The notes under the pieces were generated by a model, which saw nothing but the letters and a program-made list of their open reading frames with translations, ran no database searches and was not told the origin of the DNA. The translations under genes and the position numbers were made by a program. From contig NZ_RCWL01000005.1 in NCBI RefSeq assembly GCF_003991195.1, positions 197,078-261,077 on the forward strand: DNA of 64,000 bases. The letters run 5' to 3'. Positions 1 to 9,981 of this stretch are shown piece after piece. Source of the DNA: Gynurincola endophyticus. GTDB lineage: Bacteria > Bacteroidota > Bacteroidia > Chitinophagales > Chitinophagaceae. Position 1 is the first letter of the stretch; each line of letters starts with the position of its first letter.

Positions 1-9
1 GGCCAGCCT

Positions 10-2691
10 TTGAGCAATTCAGATTTTGAGTTCTCTATGGCTGATACCAATAGTGGCAGTATTACTTTCACCGAGGCAGGTGTGGGTAACAATCTTGCAC
101 TTACGGAAGAAGAATTGCTCACAAACCTCAACAAAGTTCAGACGGAAAATGAGCTAAGAGAAGACGAAATATCACCTGCCATTGAAAAGCTTTGGTACAA
201 TGAAGACGCATCCGTAAAAGGCGTTCTGGAAGGTAAAACGGTAGTAACCGAGTTTCCCAACTACTCCGTAGAAATGGAAACCGGAACAGGCAAAACCTAT
301 GTGTATCTCCGTTCTGTTTACGAACTCAACAAGGTGTATGGCTTTAAGAAGTTTGTAATTGTAGTTCCTTCCGTGGCTATCCGTGAAGGAGTTATCAAAT
401 CCCTCCAAATCACCTTCGATCACTTTCAGGAAATCTACGAAAATCAACCTGCGGATTACAAGGTCTATGATTCAGGCCGTTTGTCAGACTTGGGCAATTT
501 TGCCAAAAGCAACGCCATACAAATTTTAGTAATCAATATTGATTCCTTCACCAAAGATGCCAACGTCATCAATCAGGTAAGAGAATCAGGCATAAAGCCC
601 ATAGAGTACATTCAGAAATCCAATCCGATTGTGATTATAGACGAGCCGCAGAATATGGAAACGGATATTCGAAAGCGAGCTATTGCCAATCTAAACCCCC
701 TATTTACACTGAGGTATTCTGCTACACACAAAAACCTTTACAACCTGGTCTATAAGCTTGACCCGGTGAAGGCGTATGATTTAGGCTTGGTAAAGCAAAT
801 TGAGGTTGATTCCGTTATAGCCCGAAACGATAGTTCAGGAGCCTTTATTAGTGTAGATGGTTTCCGTATGGCTAAGAAATCAGTAACTGCCAAGGTTTCA
901 ATATTTGTCAATGAAAAAACAGGTGTACAGAAGAAACAAGTTTCCGCAAATGTTGGAGACGACCTTTATAAGCTTTCTAAAAATTGGGACATATACAAGG
1001 ACGGCTATGTAATCAATGAGATAGATGCCGACAATCAGTTCATTGAATTTTCAAGTGGTCAAATTGTCTATCAGGGTCAAGCCGTAGGGGGTCTTACCGA
1101 CCAGATACTTAGGGAAATGGTAGATGCCACGGTAGAGAACCACTTCAAGAAGGAGAAAGAGTTGCAGGGCAAAGGAATCAAGGTCTTATCAATCTTTTTT
1201 ATCGACCGTGTGGCAAACTACCGTGAGTATGATGATAGCGGAAACACCGTACAGGGGAAGTTTGCCGAATGGTTTGAAGAAAGCTATACCAAATGGCAAA
1301 GTATGCCTGCTTACAGGGGTTTAATGAGCTTCAAAGCTAAAGACGTGCATGATGGATATTTCAGCCAGGATAAAGCAGGTAAATACAAAGACACCAAAGA
1401 AACTCGAACTACCAAAGCTGATGATGATACCTTCAACCTAATCATGCGAGATAAGGAAAGGCTATTGGATGAAAAAGTGCCTCTCCGATTCATTTTCAGT
1501 CACTCCGCATTGCGTGAAGGTTGGGACAATCCCAATGTATTCCAAATCTGTACGCTTAACGAAACCAAGTCGGATATAAAGAAACGACAGGAAATCGGAA
1601 GAGGTCTCCGCTTATGCGTTGACCAAACCGGAGCAAGAAACCTTGACCGTGCTATCAATAGGCTTACTGTCATCGCCAATGAAGCCTATGAATCATTCTC
1701 TAAAGCCTTACAAAAGGAAATAGAGGAAGATTGTGGCGTGAAGTTCGAAGGCCGTATCAAAAATGCAAGAGCAAGAACAAGCGTAAAACTCAAAGACAAA
1801 TGGATGGAGGATGCGCTATTCCTTGAGCTTTGGGAGAAAATAAGAGCTAAAACAGAATATAAAGTTGATTATAGCACCGAAGAGCTAATTGCAAATTGTG
1901 TGGCTGCATTGCAAGCAATGCCCCCTATCGAACGTCCTGTAATCTACCGTGAAAAGAATGTAGCAAAATTCGTTAGGGATGCCAAAGGCAAGCTGATTGA
2001 ATTAGGCGGAGAGCAGAAAGGCTCAAAGGAGAAAATGGTAAAGGACACCAATTATGAAATCCCTGATTTCATTGCTTATATCCAGTCTAAAACAGAGCTT
2101 ACCCGAGATACCATTACCCAAATCGTATTGAACTCAAACCGATTGGGCGAAATCTTTAACAACCCTCAGTTATTCATGGATAGCGTGGTACGCATCATCA
2201 AACATGAATTTGACCGAATCAAGATCAATGGCATCCAATATGAAAAGATTGCCGGACAGGTCTATGAAATGAAGTTGTTTGAATCCGCAGAAATTGAGCA
2301 GTATTTAGAAAACCTGATAGAGGTTAAGAAACAAGCCAAAACGCTTTACAACTATGTGGCCATTGATTCACTCAGTTCACCGGAACGCAGGTTTGCCGAA
2401 GATTGCGAAAACAGGGATGATATACTTTTCTATGTAAAGCTTCCAAGAACATTTGTGGTCAAAACTCCAATTGGTCCCTACAATCCTGATTGGGCATTGA
2501 TTAAGAAAGAGGACGGTGAAGAAACCAAAATCTACTTTGTAGCTGAAACCAAAGACCCTAAAGCAGCAAAAGACCGCACCTTATTAAGAGATAGCGAGCG
2601 ATTGAAAATAGCATGTGCAGAAAAGCATTTTGAAGTAATAGATCATGTGAATTACCGTGTAGTTGGCTCAGTGAGTGATTTGAAAGTTTGA
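10..2691 (+). CDS. Type III restriction Res-like SF2 helicase fused to C-terminal PD-(D/E)xK nuclease (probably 5-prime partial; frame open to window edge)
   Basis: Walker A METGTGKTYV; motif II IIDEPQN; motif VI QEIGRGLRL; C-terminal PD-(D/E)xK YNPDWAL...VAETK; reading frame open upstream of position 10, listed start is TTG. Confidence 0.7.
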   Translation: MSNSDFEFSMADTNSGSITFTEAGVGNNLALTEEELLTNLNKVQTENELREDEISPAIEKLWYNEDASVKGVLEGKTVVTEFPNYSVEMETGTGKTYVYLRSVYELNKVYGFKKFVIVVPSVAIREGVIKSLQITFDHFQEIYENQPADYKVYDSGRLSDLGNFAKSNAIQILVINIDSFTKDANVINQVRESGIKPIEYIQKSNPIVIIDEPQNMETDIRKRAIANLNPLFTLRYSATHKNLYNLVYKLDPVKAYDLGLVKQIEVDSVIARNDSSGAFISVDGFRMAKKSVTAKVSIFVNEKTGVQKKQVSANVGDDLYKLSKNWDIYKDGYVINEIDADNQFIEFSSGQIVYQGQAVGGLTDQILREMVDATVENHFKKEKELQGKGIKVLSIFFIDRVANYREYDDSGNTVQGKFAEWFEESYTKWQSMPAYRGLMSFKAKDVHDGYFSQDKAGKYKDTKETRTTKADDDTFNLIMRDKERLLDEKVPLRFIFSHSALREGWDNPNVFQICTLNETKSDIKKRQEIGRGLRLCVDQTGARNLDRAINRLTVIANEAYESFSKALQKEIEEDCGVKFEGRIKNARARTSVKLKDKWMEDALFLELWEKIRAKTEYKVDYSTEELIANCVAALQAMPPIERPVIYREKNVAKFVRDAKGKLIELGGEQKGSKEKMVKDTNYEIPDFIAYIQSKTELTRDTITQIVLNSNRLGEIFNNPQLFMDSVVRIIKHEFDRIKINGIQYEKIAGQVYEMKLFESAEIEQYLENLIEVKKQAKTLYNYVAIDSLSSPERRFAEDCENRDDILFYVKLPRTFVVKTPIGPYNPDWALIKKEDGEETKIYFVAETKDPKAAKDRTLLRDSERLKIACAEKHFEVIDHVNYRVVGSVSDLKV

Positions 2692-5600
2692 AACAACCAG
2701 CATTGACCCGTTTTGATATGGCAACAGAGAAACAATTTTTAACCAGGCTACAGGAGATTAAGCAAAGAGACGTGGAAGTTTTGCTTAAAAAGGCGTACCG
2801 TGGTATTTGGGAAACAGCAATTAAGAAGTATTCCGACAGTGCCCACTTCGTTTATGAATTGCTGCAGAACGCAGATGATACAAAAGCCACTTGGGTTGAT
2901 TTTCGCCTTGAAGAAGACGGACTTTGGTTTAAGCACAATGGCTCTGTTCGCTTCTCCATATCAGACCCGGACAATGAAGATGAAGATTCAGAAACTGGCA
3001 ACCTTGGCCATATAAACGCCATTACTTCCATTGGCAATTCAACCAAGATTGATGAACAAAAAATCGGAAAGTTTGGAATAGGCTTCAAAGCGGTTTTTGC
3101 TTACAGCATGTCTCCGCACATTTATGATGATAATTTCAACTTCAAACTGGAAAACTACATTGTGCCCAATGAAATTGAATCCTTGAATGGCCAGAGGGCA
3201 GCAGGTGAAACAGTTTTCTACTTCCCTTTTAATCACATTTCAAAGTCGCCAGAGGATGCCTATACCGAGATTGAGGACAAATTAGATTCACTCTTTCAAC
3301 CTATTTTATTCCTTACCAATCTTCAAAAGATAACTTGGAAATCCAATGAGAAAGAAGGCATCTATTCAAAGCGAGCATTAAAAACAGAACAGTTCGACAA
3401 TATCCGAGCTGAGTTAATGGAGGTTGAAAGCGTAGAAAATGAAGTCAATAAAAAAGAATTGATATGGTTATTCTCTACTGGCGTTTCACACAAGCAGCTT
3501 AAATCCCACCACCGCATCTATGTGGGTTTCTTTGTTCTCGATCAAAAGGAACTGGAAACTGGATATACCTATGAAGCATTTTGCTTCTTTCCAACCAAAG
3601 AAGAAACCAAGTTAGGATTTGTTATTCAGGCCCCATTCCTTTTGACAGATAGTAGAGAGGGAATAAAAGCAGGTGAGCAATGGAATGTGGAAATCATGCA
3701 GCTTGCGGCAAAGCTTGCTGCCAATTCTTTACCGATACTCAAAACCATTGGTGAAAGGGATAAAACCTACCTACTCAACGACAGTATTTTAGAACTGATT
3801 CCATACAAGGAAAGTGATTTTTCAGACGTAGGTAGTAAAGCGAAAATTTCATTCAAACCCTTCTATACCGAAATCCTAAAGAAGTTTCAAGCCGACCAAT
3901 TACTGCCTGGCAGAAATGGGAAGTACTACAAAACTGCAAAGTCATATTGGGCATCAGATCCCGAGTTAGCAGAACTCTTTTCCGACCAACAAATCAGCAA
4001 GCTAATGGGCAACCCAGATTCAGGATTGGTGTTCGTAAGCAAGGGACAGAAGCAACTTAACCAAGCGAATAAGACCTTAGAAAGCTATATCAATTCAATC
4101 ATTAACGACACCTTAGACCCTAAAAAACTTCTGAGGAGAATTGATGCTTCTTTCATGGAAGCACAATCAGATGAATGGTTATTGAAATTCTATGCCTATT
4201 TGGGAGGTCGAAAATCTCTTTGGGACGATAAAGAGAAGCTTGCTCAAAAACGACCAATCCTGCTAAATCAAGACAGAAAGGCCGTTGTACCCTTCAATGA
4301 TGATTTAACAGCACCAAATATTTTTCTACCTTCTGAAAGGGCAACAAGCTACGATACCATTTACAAGCCATTTACAGAGGATGAAGAAGCCCTGGACTTC
4401 TTCAAGGGTTTGGGTATTGGTAAACCCGACTTACGAGCTGAAATCTTCAAGACCATAATTCCGCAATACAAGAATGGGTTTAACTATGATGATAAGGACA
4501 AAATCTTAGCCCACTTCGATTCTTTCTTATCCTACTATGATGCTTGCCCGGCTTCTCTCCAAAGTGACTATCTCGATAAGCTCCAAGAGACTTGTTTCAT
4601 AGCATCCCGAAAAGCCAGTGACCCTGATACAATTTACTTTTGCTTCCCTGAGTCCGTTTACATTCCAAGTGAAAAGCTCAACAAATACTTTGCTAACGCA
4701 AAGGAGGTATATATTTTGGATGAAGATTACTATTTGGATTTTATCCATAGTCCTCGCAAAAGCTCGTTCTATTCATTTCTTTCGGCCTTAGGTTGCAGCA
4801 ATCAACCCCGTTTGATAGATAGGGAATTAGAATCCAACTACGAGAACAAGGAAAGATTTGGTCTTGAAGAAATTGAAGTATCACAAACCTATGTCTCTAA
4901 TCAAACTATTACAGATACCATTCTGGAAGGAATAGAGGAAGCAGTATCAAACATCAATCCCGAACTATCAGCCCTGATTTGGGAATACATGTTATTCCAT
5001 GTACATGGTAAGTCGTCTTACTCGCTCGAATCAAGTATCATGGGCAACTTTCGATACGTCCCCAAATGGAACCAATATCCAAAGTCCCAAAAGTTTGAAT
5101 CCACACTATCATCTATTCTCAAAAATGATAAATGGCTATATGATACAGAGGGCAATTTAAAATCAGCATCAGAAATTCAAAGAGAAGACCTAAACGAAAT
5201 CTACACTTCACAGGATTTTGACATTTCTGCATTCCTTGAATTTTTAGGAATTGAAAGCCCTGAAGATGAATTAGACCTCTCCGAGGAACAACGAGCAGCT
5301 TACCTGCTTGGCAAAAAACTACAAGAGGAAGGAATCACTGAAGAAGAATTAGCAGAGGCATTGAGCATGATAAAGGCTAAAAAGAAGTCCGCAGGTGCTC
5401 AGGGCAATCCCAATACTGATGAAGAAGAAGACTTCATGGATGATGCCATTGAAGACACCTTAGACCGCCTTAAAAAGGGAATCAAAAAGAAGCGAAAGGC
5501 CAGAGCTGAAAATCAAGATGAAGAAACTCAAAAAGAAGAGCAGGAATCTCCTGAATCAATGGCAGATCAGGATGAATACACAAAACCTTCTGTTGACCTT

Positions 5601-7535
5601 CAAAAGAAGATTGACAAGCTAAAGGAACAGACAGAAGCTCAAATTGAAGACCTTACCCGAATTGAGAAACTGAACGAGATTGTTGATGAATCTGAAATGT
5701 ATTCCTATGCTTGGTTCAAAGCTTTGCTTGAACTGGAATACCTGAGTAGTTCAGAATCCAACACTCAAGGAAAAGAAATATCAATCCAATTCACTAAAGC
5801 AGAAAAAGAACCGGGTACAGAAAGGACATTGATTCTCAAGCATCCGAACAGATATATCCCTCAATCCATTGAGGATATTGGAGACCTGCAAATTCGCTTG
5901 TATCATGGTGAAGAATCCAAGACCGTAACCGTGGAGGTTGTGAGTGTTAAAGAATATACCCTTCGGGCAAAGCTGAAAAAGTCTGCCGACATTTCAGAGA
6001 TTGACCTATCTAAGGTAAACCGAATAGTCATTGACATAAAGAATCCTGTTTTCATTCTTGAAGAACTTAGAAAAGCCTTCAATCAACTTGGCTTAGAGGA
6101 TGATTATAATCTACAGCAAAACCTTCCAGAGGATATTCGATTCATATTTGGCCCTCCCGGTACAGGTAAAACAACCTATCTCGCAACCAATGAGATTATA
6201 CCTCTTATGCAGCAGGAAGAAAACCTCAAAGTGCTAGTACTTACACCAACCAATAAATCAGCAGACGTTCTTACAAAGCGTATTATTGAAAAAATGGGTG
6301 ATGATGAAACCTATCACCATTGGCTTCTCCGCTTTGGAAATACAAGTGATGAATCACTGGAAAATAGCTCGGTTGTAATTGATAAAGCGTTCGACATTAG
6401 AACCAAGCCCAAGAATACCACAATAACCACAATTGCGAGATTTGCTTACGACTATTTCCAACCCGAAATCCATGATGAACGCCTGCACCTGAAATTTCTT
6501 GAATGGGACTACATTATCATTGATGAAGCTTCAATGGTGAACTTGGCCAGTATAGCTTACGTCCTTTATCAAAAGCCAGATGCAAAATTTGTAATAGCAG
6601 GAGATCCTTTCCAGATTCAACCAATTACACTTATTGACCATTGGAAGGATATGAATATCTACAGCATGGTCAATCTCGACAGATTCGTAGAGCCAACAAC
6701 TGTTCCCCATGAATTTGAAATAGTTAACCTACGCAAGCAATATAGGGCAGTTCCCACCATTGGAAATGTTTTCAGTCACTTCACTTACAATGGCATTCTC
6801 GAACACCATAGAACAAGTACAGAGCAAAAGCCATTGACCATATCCGGCTTTGATTTCAAGGACATTAACATTATCAAATTTCCAGTAGCAAAGTTTGAAA
6901 GCATTTACAAGCCAAATACGCTTAACAAATCAAACTATCAGGTCTATTCAGCTTTGTTCACGGTTGAGTTCGCCCAGTCACTTGCTTTTCAGATTCAATC
7001 AAGCCACAAAGACAAATTCAGAATTGGAATCATTTGTCCTTACAAGGCTCAAGCTACTCTAATTGAAAAGCTCCTTGCTCAACAATTTGAAGACACTGAT
7101 AAGGTAGAAATCCTTATCGGGACTATTCACGGCTTCCAAGGTGATGAATGTGATATTATCATTTCGATTTTTAACCCGCCATACTCGATAAGCAAACACC
7201 CGGGTATGTTCCTCAATAAGCAGAACATACTCAATGTATCCATTAGTCGGGCAAGAGATTATTTATTCATCATAATGCCAGACGACAACACGCAGGATAT
7301 TGAGAACCTATATAAAATCAAGAAAATAGAAAGATTGATTTATCGCCATGCTCCTAACAATCACTCAGTTTACGAATCCACGGAGATTGAGGAAATTATG
7401 TTTGGCAGCGATACCTACATTTATGACAACTCCTTCGCTACTTCTCACCAAACTGTAAATGTGTATTCAAAACCAGAGCGGAAGTATGAAGTCCGTTGTG
7501 AAGAGGTAGCTGTTGACGTTCAAATTAAACAATGA
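2688..7535 (+). CDS. Large multidomain protein: N-terminal sacsin/GHKL-type (HATPase_c-like) ATPase, acidic/basic coiled-coil linker, C-terminal Upf1/DNA2-like SF1B helicase (AAA_11/AAA_12-like)
   Basis: N-box ELLQNADD and G2-box GKFGIGFKAVF near N-terminus; SF1B motifs FIFGPPGTGKTT (I), IIIDEASMV (II), VIAGDPFQIQP (III), LRKQYRAVP (IV), IGIICPYKAQ (V), GTIHGFQGDECDIII (VI); start overlaps stop of upstream gene by 4 bp (TTG at 2688; alternative ATG at 2718). Confidence 0.7.
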   Translation: MKQPALTRFDMATEKQFLTRLQEIKQRDVEVLLKKAYRGIWETAIKKYSDSAHFVYELLQNADDTKATWVDFRLEEDGLWFKHNGSVRFSISDPDNEDEDSETGNLGHINAITSIGNSTKIDEQKIGKFGIGFKAVFAYSMSPHIYDDNFNFKLENYIVPNEIESLNGQRAAGETVFYFPFNHISKSPEDAYTEIEDKLDSLFQPILFLTNLQKITWKSNEKEGIYSKRALKTEQFDNIRAELMEVESVENEVNKKELIWLFSTGVSHKQLKSHHRIYVGFFVLDQKELETGYTYEAFCFFPTKEETKLGFVIQAPFLLTDSREGIKAGEQWNVEIMQLAAKLAANSLPILKTIGERDKTYLLNDSILELIPYKESDFSDVGSKAKISFKPFYTEILKKFQADQLLPGRNGKYYKTAKSYWASDPELAELFSDQQISKLMGNPDSGLVFVSKGQKQLNQANKTLESYINSIINDTLDPKKLLRRIDASFMEAQSDEWLLKFYAYLGGRKSLWDDKEKLAQKRPILLNQDRKAVVPFNDDLTAPNIFLPSERATSYDTIYKPFTEDEEALDFFKGLGIGKPDLRAEIFKTIIPQYKNGFNYDDKDKILAHFDSFLSYYDACPASLQSDYLDKLQETCFIASRKASDPDTIYFCFPESVYIPSEKLNKYFANAKEVYILDEDYYLDFIHSPRKSSFYSFLSALGCSNQPRLIDRELESNYENKERFGLEEIEVSQTYVSNQTITDTILEGIEEAVSNINPELSALIWEYMLFHVHGKSSYSLESSIMGNFRYVPKWNQYPKSQKFESTLSSILKNDKWLYDTEGNLKSASEIQREDLNEIYTSQDFDISAFLEFLGIESPEDELDLSEEQRAAYLLGKKLQEEGITEEELAEALSMIKAKKKSAGAQGNPNTDEEEDFMDDAIEDTLDRLKKGIKKKRKARAENQDEETQKEEQESPESMADQDEYTKPSVDLQKKIDKLKEQTEAQIEDLTRIEKLNEIVDESEMYSYAWFKALLELEYLSSSESNTQGKEISIQFTKAEKEPGTERTLILKHPNRYIPQSIEDIGDLQIRLYHGEESKTVTVEVVSVKEYTLRAKLKKSADISEIDLSKVNRIVIDIKNPVFILEELRKAFNQLGLEDDYNLQQNLPEDIRFIFGPPGTGKTTYLATNEIIPLMQQEENLKVLVLTPTNKSADVLTKRIIEKMGDDETYHHWLLRFGNTSDESLENSSVVIDKAFDIRTKPKNTTITTIARFAYDYFQPEIHDERLHLKFLEWDYIIIDEASMVNLASIAYVLYQKPDAKFVIAGDPFQIQPITLIDHWKDMNIYSMVNLDRFVEPTTVPHEFEIVNLRKQYRAVPTIGNVFSHFTYNGILEHHRTSTEQKPLTISGFDFKDINIIKFPVAKFESIYKPNTLNKSNYQVYSALFTVEFAQSLAFQIQSSHKDKFRIGIICPYKAQATLIEKLLAQQFEDTDKVEILIGTIHGFQGDECDIIISIFNPPYSISKHPGMFLNKQNILNVSISRARDYLFIIMPDDNTQDIENLYKIKKIERLIYRHAPNNHSVYESTEIEEIMFGSDTYIYDNSFATSHQTVNVYSKPERKYEVRCEEVAVDVQIKQ

Positions 7536-7595
7536 TTAAACACCCGTTAAAAGAAAAAATGAAAACTTAATATCGAATTAAAACCCTCGTTCATA

Positions 7596-9695
7596 ATGGC
7601 AAAGCACTGTTTCAACATACTAACATTCAATCATCCGAGCGAATCGCTCACCTTCTATTTTTCCGAGAAGGAGCAAGAAGGAACTACACGAATTTATCAT
7701 TCATTGGTTCCTGATGAGGTCATTGATAAGTATGCAGAACAGGAACATTACTACACTTCATTTTGCCAAGAAAAAGAAGGGTTTATTCCGGTTACTAAGC
7801 CAACTACACCAACCTATGAGAAAATCACTAACGAAGAAGGAATTGAAAAATCAGTTCAGGTTTCCAATTCCGCATTGTCTTCATCCATTCTCAAACGTTA
7901 CTACAATTCACTAATTCATAACCATTTCAAGTCAAAGGGCTGTTTGGTCAAACCTAACTTTGTCAGCGATACAGAAGTTTGGTTGCCAAGCGATACACAA
8001 GACAAGGAAGGGATATACAAAACCTTTGACCGTTTTTCATTGAAGGTGCAGTTCAGAACAGTTTCCAATAGTCTTGAATTATTGGTCACATTTGAAGGCA
8101 AGTCAAAGATTTTTAAAACTCCTGTATCAGAACTTTTTGAAGAAGTACCTGTAAGGGCATTCAATTGGGTGGTCTATGAAAAAGGACTACACCGCTTTGA
8201 TGAATTGCCAGATGATGGGAAAAGAAATTACGATAAGGTTTATCCTGTTTGGAATTTTGAAATAAGGGATGCTTTGCACCAGGAGACAGAAGCCCCGGAC
8301 AAGACGAACAAATACAGGAAGTTCAAAACGGCCATTGATAAATTTTACAGGGAGCAGCTTAATGCAGCCGAGTTCAAGGCCATCATTCCGCTTTCATCTA
8401 AAGGGTTTATTACAGTTGATGAAGTCCGCATCGGTTCAATTGAAAAGTCCAGCAACAAACTCGTATTTGGAAATCAAAAGCTGCACCATGTACCGTATTA
8501 TGGCATTACAGAAAATGGTCCTTTCGAGTTAAGCCCATCATCAAAGATTCATTTCTTTTTTATTCTCCATGAAGATGATAGAGAAGTAGCTGCCAAGATT
8601 CACAACTACTTTAATGGCAAACTCAACGGCTTTAGAGGGCTATCAAAATTCATTCATACACCGTATCATCCAGATAAAGAACTCGCAATCTATTTCAAGG
8701 ATAGGGATAACCCTTGGCCGGAACTGTATGAGCAAATCAATGACAAGGACTTTGATACCGACATTCAGCACATAGCTATTTACATTTCCCCAATCAGCAA
8801 GAATGTTCCAGTCAAATCTCAGAGGTTGATTTACTACAAGCTGAAAGAGCTACTATTGAAAAAAGGAGTTTCCTCTCAGGTGATAGATCCTGACAAAGTG
8901 ATTACCAACGACAAGTATCATTTCAGCTTGCCAAACATCGCAATAGCCATTCTCGCAAAGCTCAATGGCACTCCGTGGAGGTTGGACACAAAGCTGAAGA
9001 ATGAATTGATTGTTGGAGTTGGAGCATTCAAGCACACAGAAGTTGACATCCAATATATCGGCAGTGCTTTCAGTTTCTCCAATACAGGGAAATTCAACCG
9101 ATTTGAATGCTTTCAGAAAGACCAAACAAAAGAGTTGGCAGGTTCAATTCTAAGAGCAGTTAAAGACTATGTGAATGTAAATACAGGAATCAGAAGGCTT
9201 GTAATTCACTTCTACAAAGACATGAGTAGAGAGGAAGTAGAACCGATTGAGAACGGCCTGAAAGAATTGGACTTGAACATTCCGGTCTTTATCGTCACCA
9301 TCAACAAAACGGAATCATCCGATATTGTTGCCTTTGATTTGGACTGGAAAGATTTGATGCCCGTAAGTGGCACTTTTATCAAATTAGGCTACAACAGATT
9401 TCTACTTTTCAACAATACCAGGTATTCAGCATCAGAGTTCAATTTCAATGATGGATTTTCATTTCCAGTAAAGCTCAAGATAAATTGCTCCAATCCTGAA
9501 TTGGTTGATGATTACAAAACAGTAAAGGAGCTTATCGATCAAGTATATCAGTTCAGTCGCATGTACTGGAAGTCAGTAAGACAACAAAATTTGCCCGTTA
9601 CAATCAAGTACCCTGAAATGGTTGCAGAAATGCTCCCTTACTTTGAAGGCAACGAGATTCCTGATTACGGTAAAGACAATCTTTGGTTCTTATGA
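7596..9695 (+). CDS. Prokaryotic Argonaute-like protein, long form with catalytically inactive PIWI (long-B-like)
   Basis: MID motif LIYYKLKELLLKKGVSSQVI...NIAIAILAKLNGTPWRL (Y-x3-K...Q...K-LNG, the Argonaute 5-prime-phosphate pocket / KLGG motif); position of first catalytic Asp reads IVGVGAF instead of GxDV; ~380 aa N-terminal region compatible with N-L1-PAZ-L2. Confidence 0.65.
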   Translation: MAKHCFNILTFNHPSESLTFYFSEKEQEGTTRIYHSLVPDEVIDKYAEQEHYYTSFCQEKEGFIPVTKPTTPTYEKITNEEGIEKSVQVSNSALSSSILKRYYNSLIHNHFKSKGCLVKPNFVSDTEVWLPSDTQDKEGIYKTFDRFSLKVQFRTVSNSLELLVTFEGKSKIFKTPVSELFEEVPVRAFNWVVYEKGLHRFDELPDDGKRNYDKVYPVWNFEIRDALHQETEAPDKTNKYRKFKTAIDKFYREQLNAAEFKAIIPLSSKGFITVDEVRIGSIEKSSNKLVFGNQKLHHVPYYGITENGPFELSPSSKIHFFFILHEDDREVAAKIHNYFNGKLNGFRGLSKFIHTPYHPDKELAIYFKDRDNPWPELYEQINDKDFDTDIQHIAIYISPISKNVPVKSQRLIYYKLKELLLKKGVSSQVIDPDKVITNDKYHFSLPNIAIAILAKLNGTPWRLDTKLKNELIVGVGAFKHTEVDIQYIGSAFSFSNTGKFNRFECFQKDQTKELAGSILRAVKDYVNVNTGIRRLVIHFYKDMSREEVEPIENGLKELDLNIPVFIVTINKTESSDIVAFDLDWKDLMPVSGTFIKLGYNRFLLFNNTRYSASEFNFNDGFSFPVKLKINCSNPELVDDYKTVKELIDQVYQFSRMYWKSVRQQNLPVTIKYPEMVAEMLPYFEGNEIPDYGKDNLWFL

Positions 9696-9944
9696 TGATT
9701 ACGGAACACCCACCGCACATTTGCCAACCCGCACCAATGTGCTTCCAGTAGGTTCATTCCGGTCGTTCGTTCCTCACTCTCTTCATTCACCCACTTCCAG
9801 CACCGCACAGCAAGAGTAGCCCGTTATTCCATTCCGCTGCGCTACATTCCATACCGTGCCACACTTGCTTTTCCCAACGCACCCCCCAACGCAGGTAAAG
9901 CGGTGTTCGTCAGTCGTTCCGTTTTGTTCCGCAAAAACATATCT

Positions 9945-9981
9945 GCAAGGGTAAAATGCACTCCCTTCGGTCGCCCTTGCA
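9945..9981. repeat. Hairpin element, 8-bp stem TGCAAGGG/CCCTTGCA with 21-nt loop containing CCCTTCGG
   Basis: Read directly: tgcaagggtaaaatgcactcccttcggtcgcccttgca. Confidence 0.6.

Noticed and set aside
2748-3236. Several 60-80 aa ORFs on both strands inside the 5-prime part of the GHKL-helicase gene
   Set aside because: They are embedded in a long ORF that carries clear GHKL motifs in the sense frame. Shadow ORFs.
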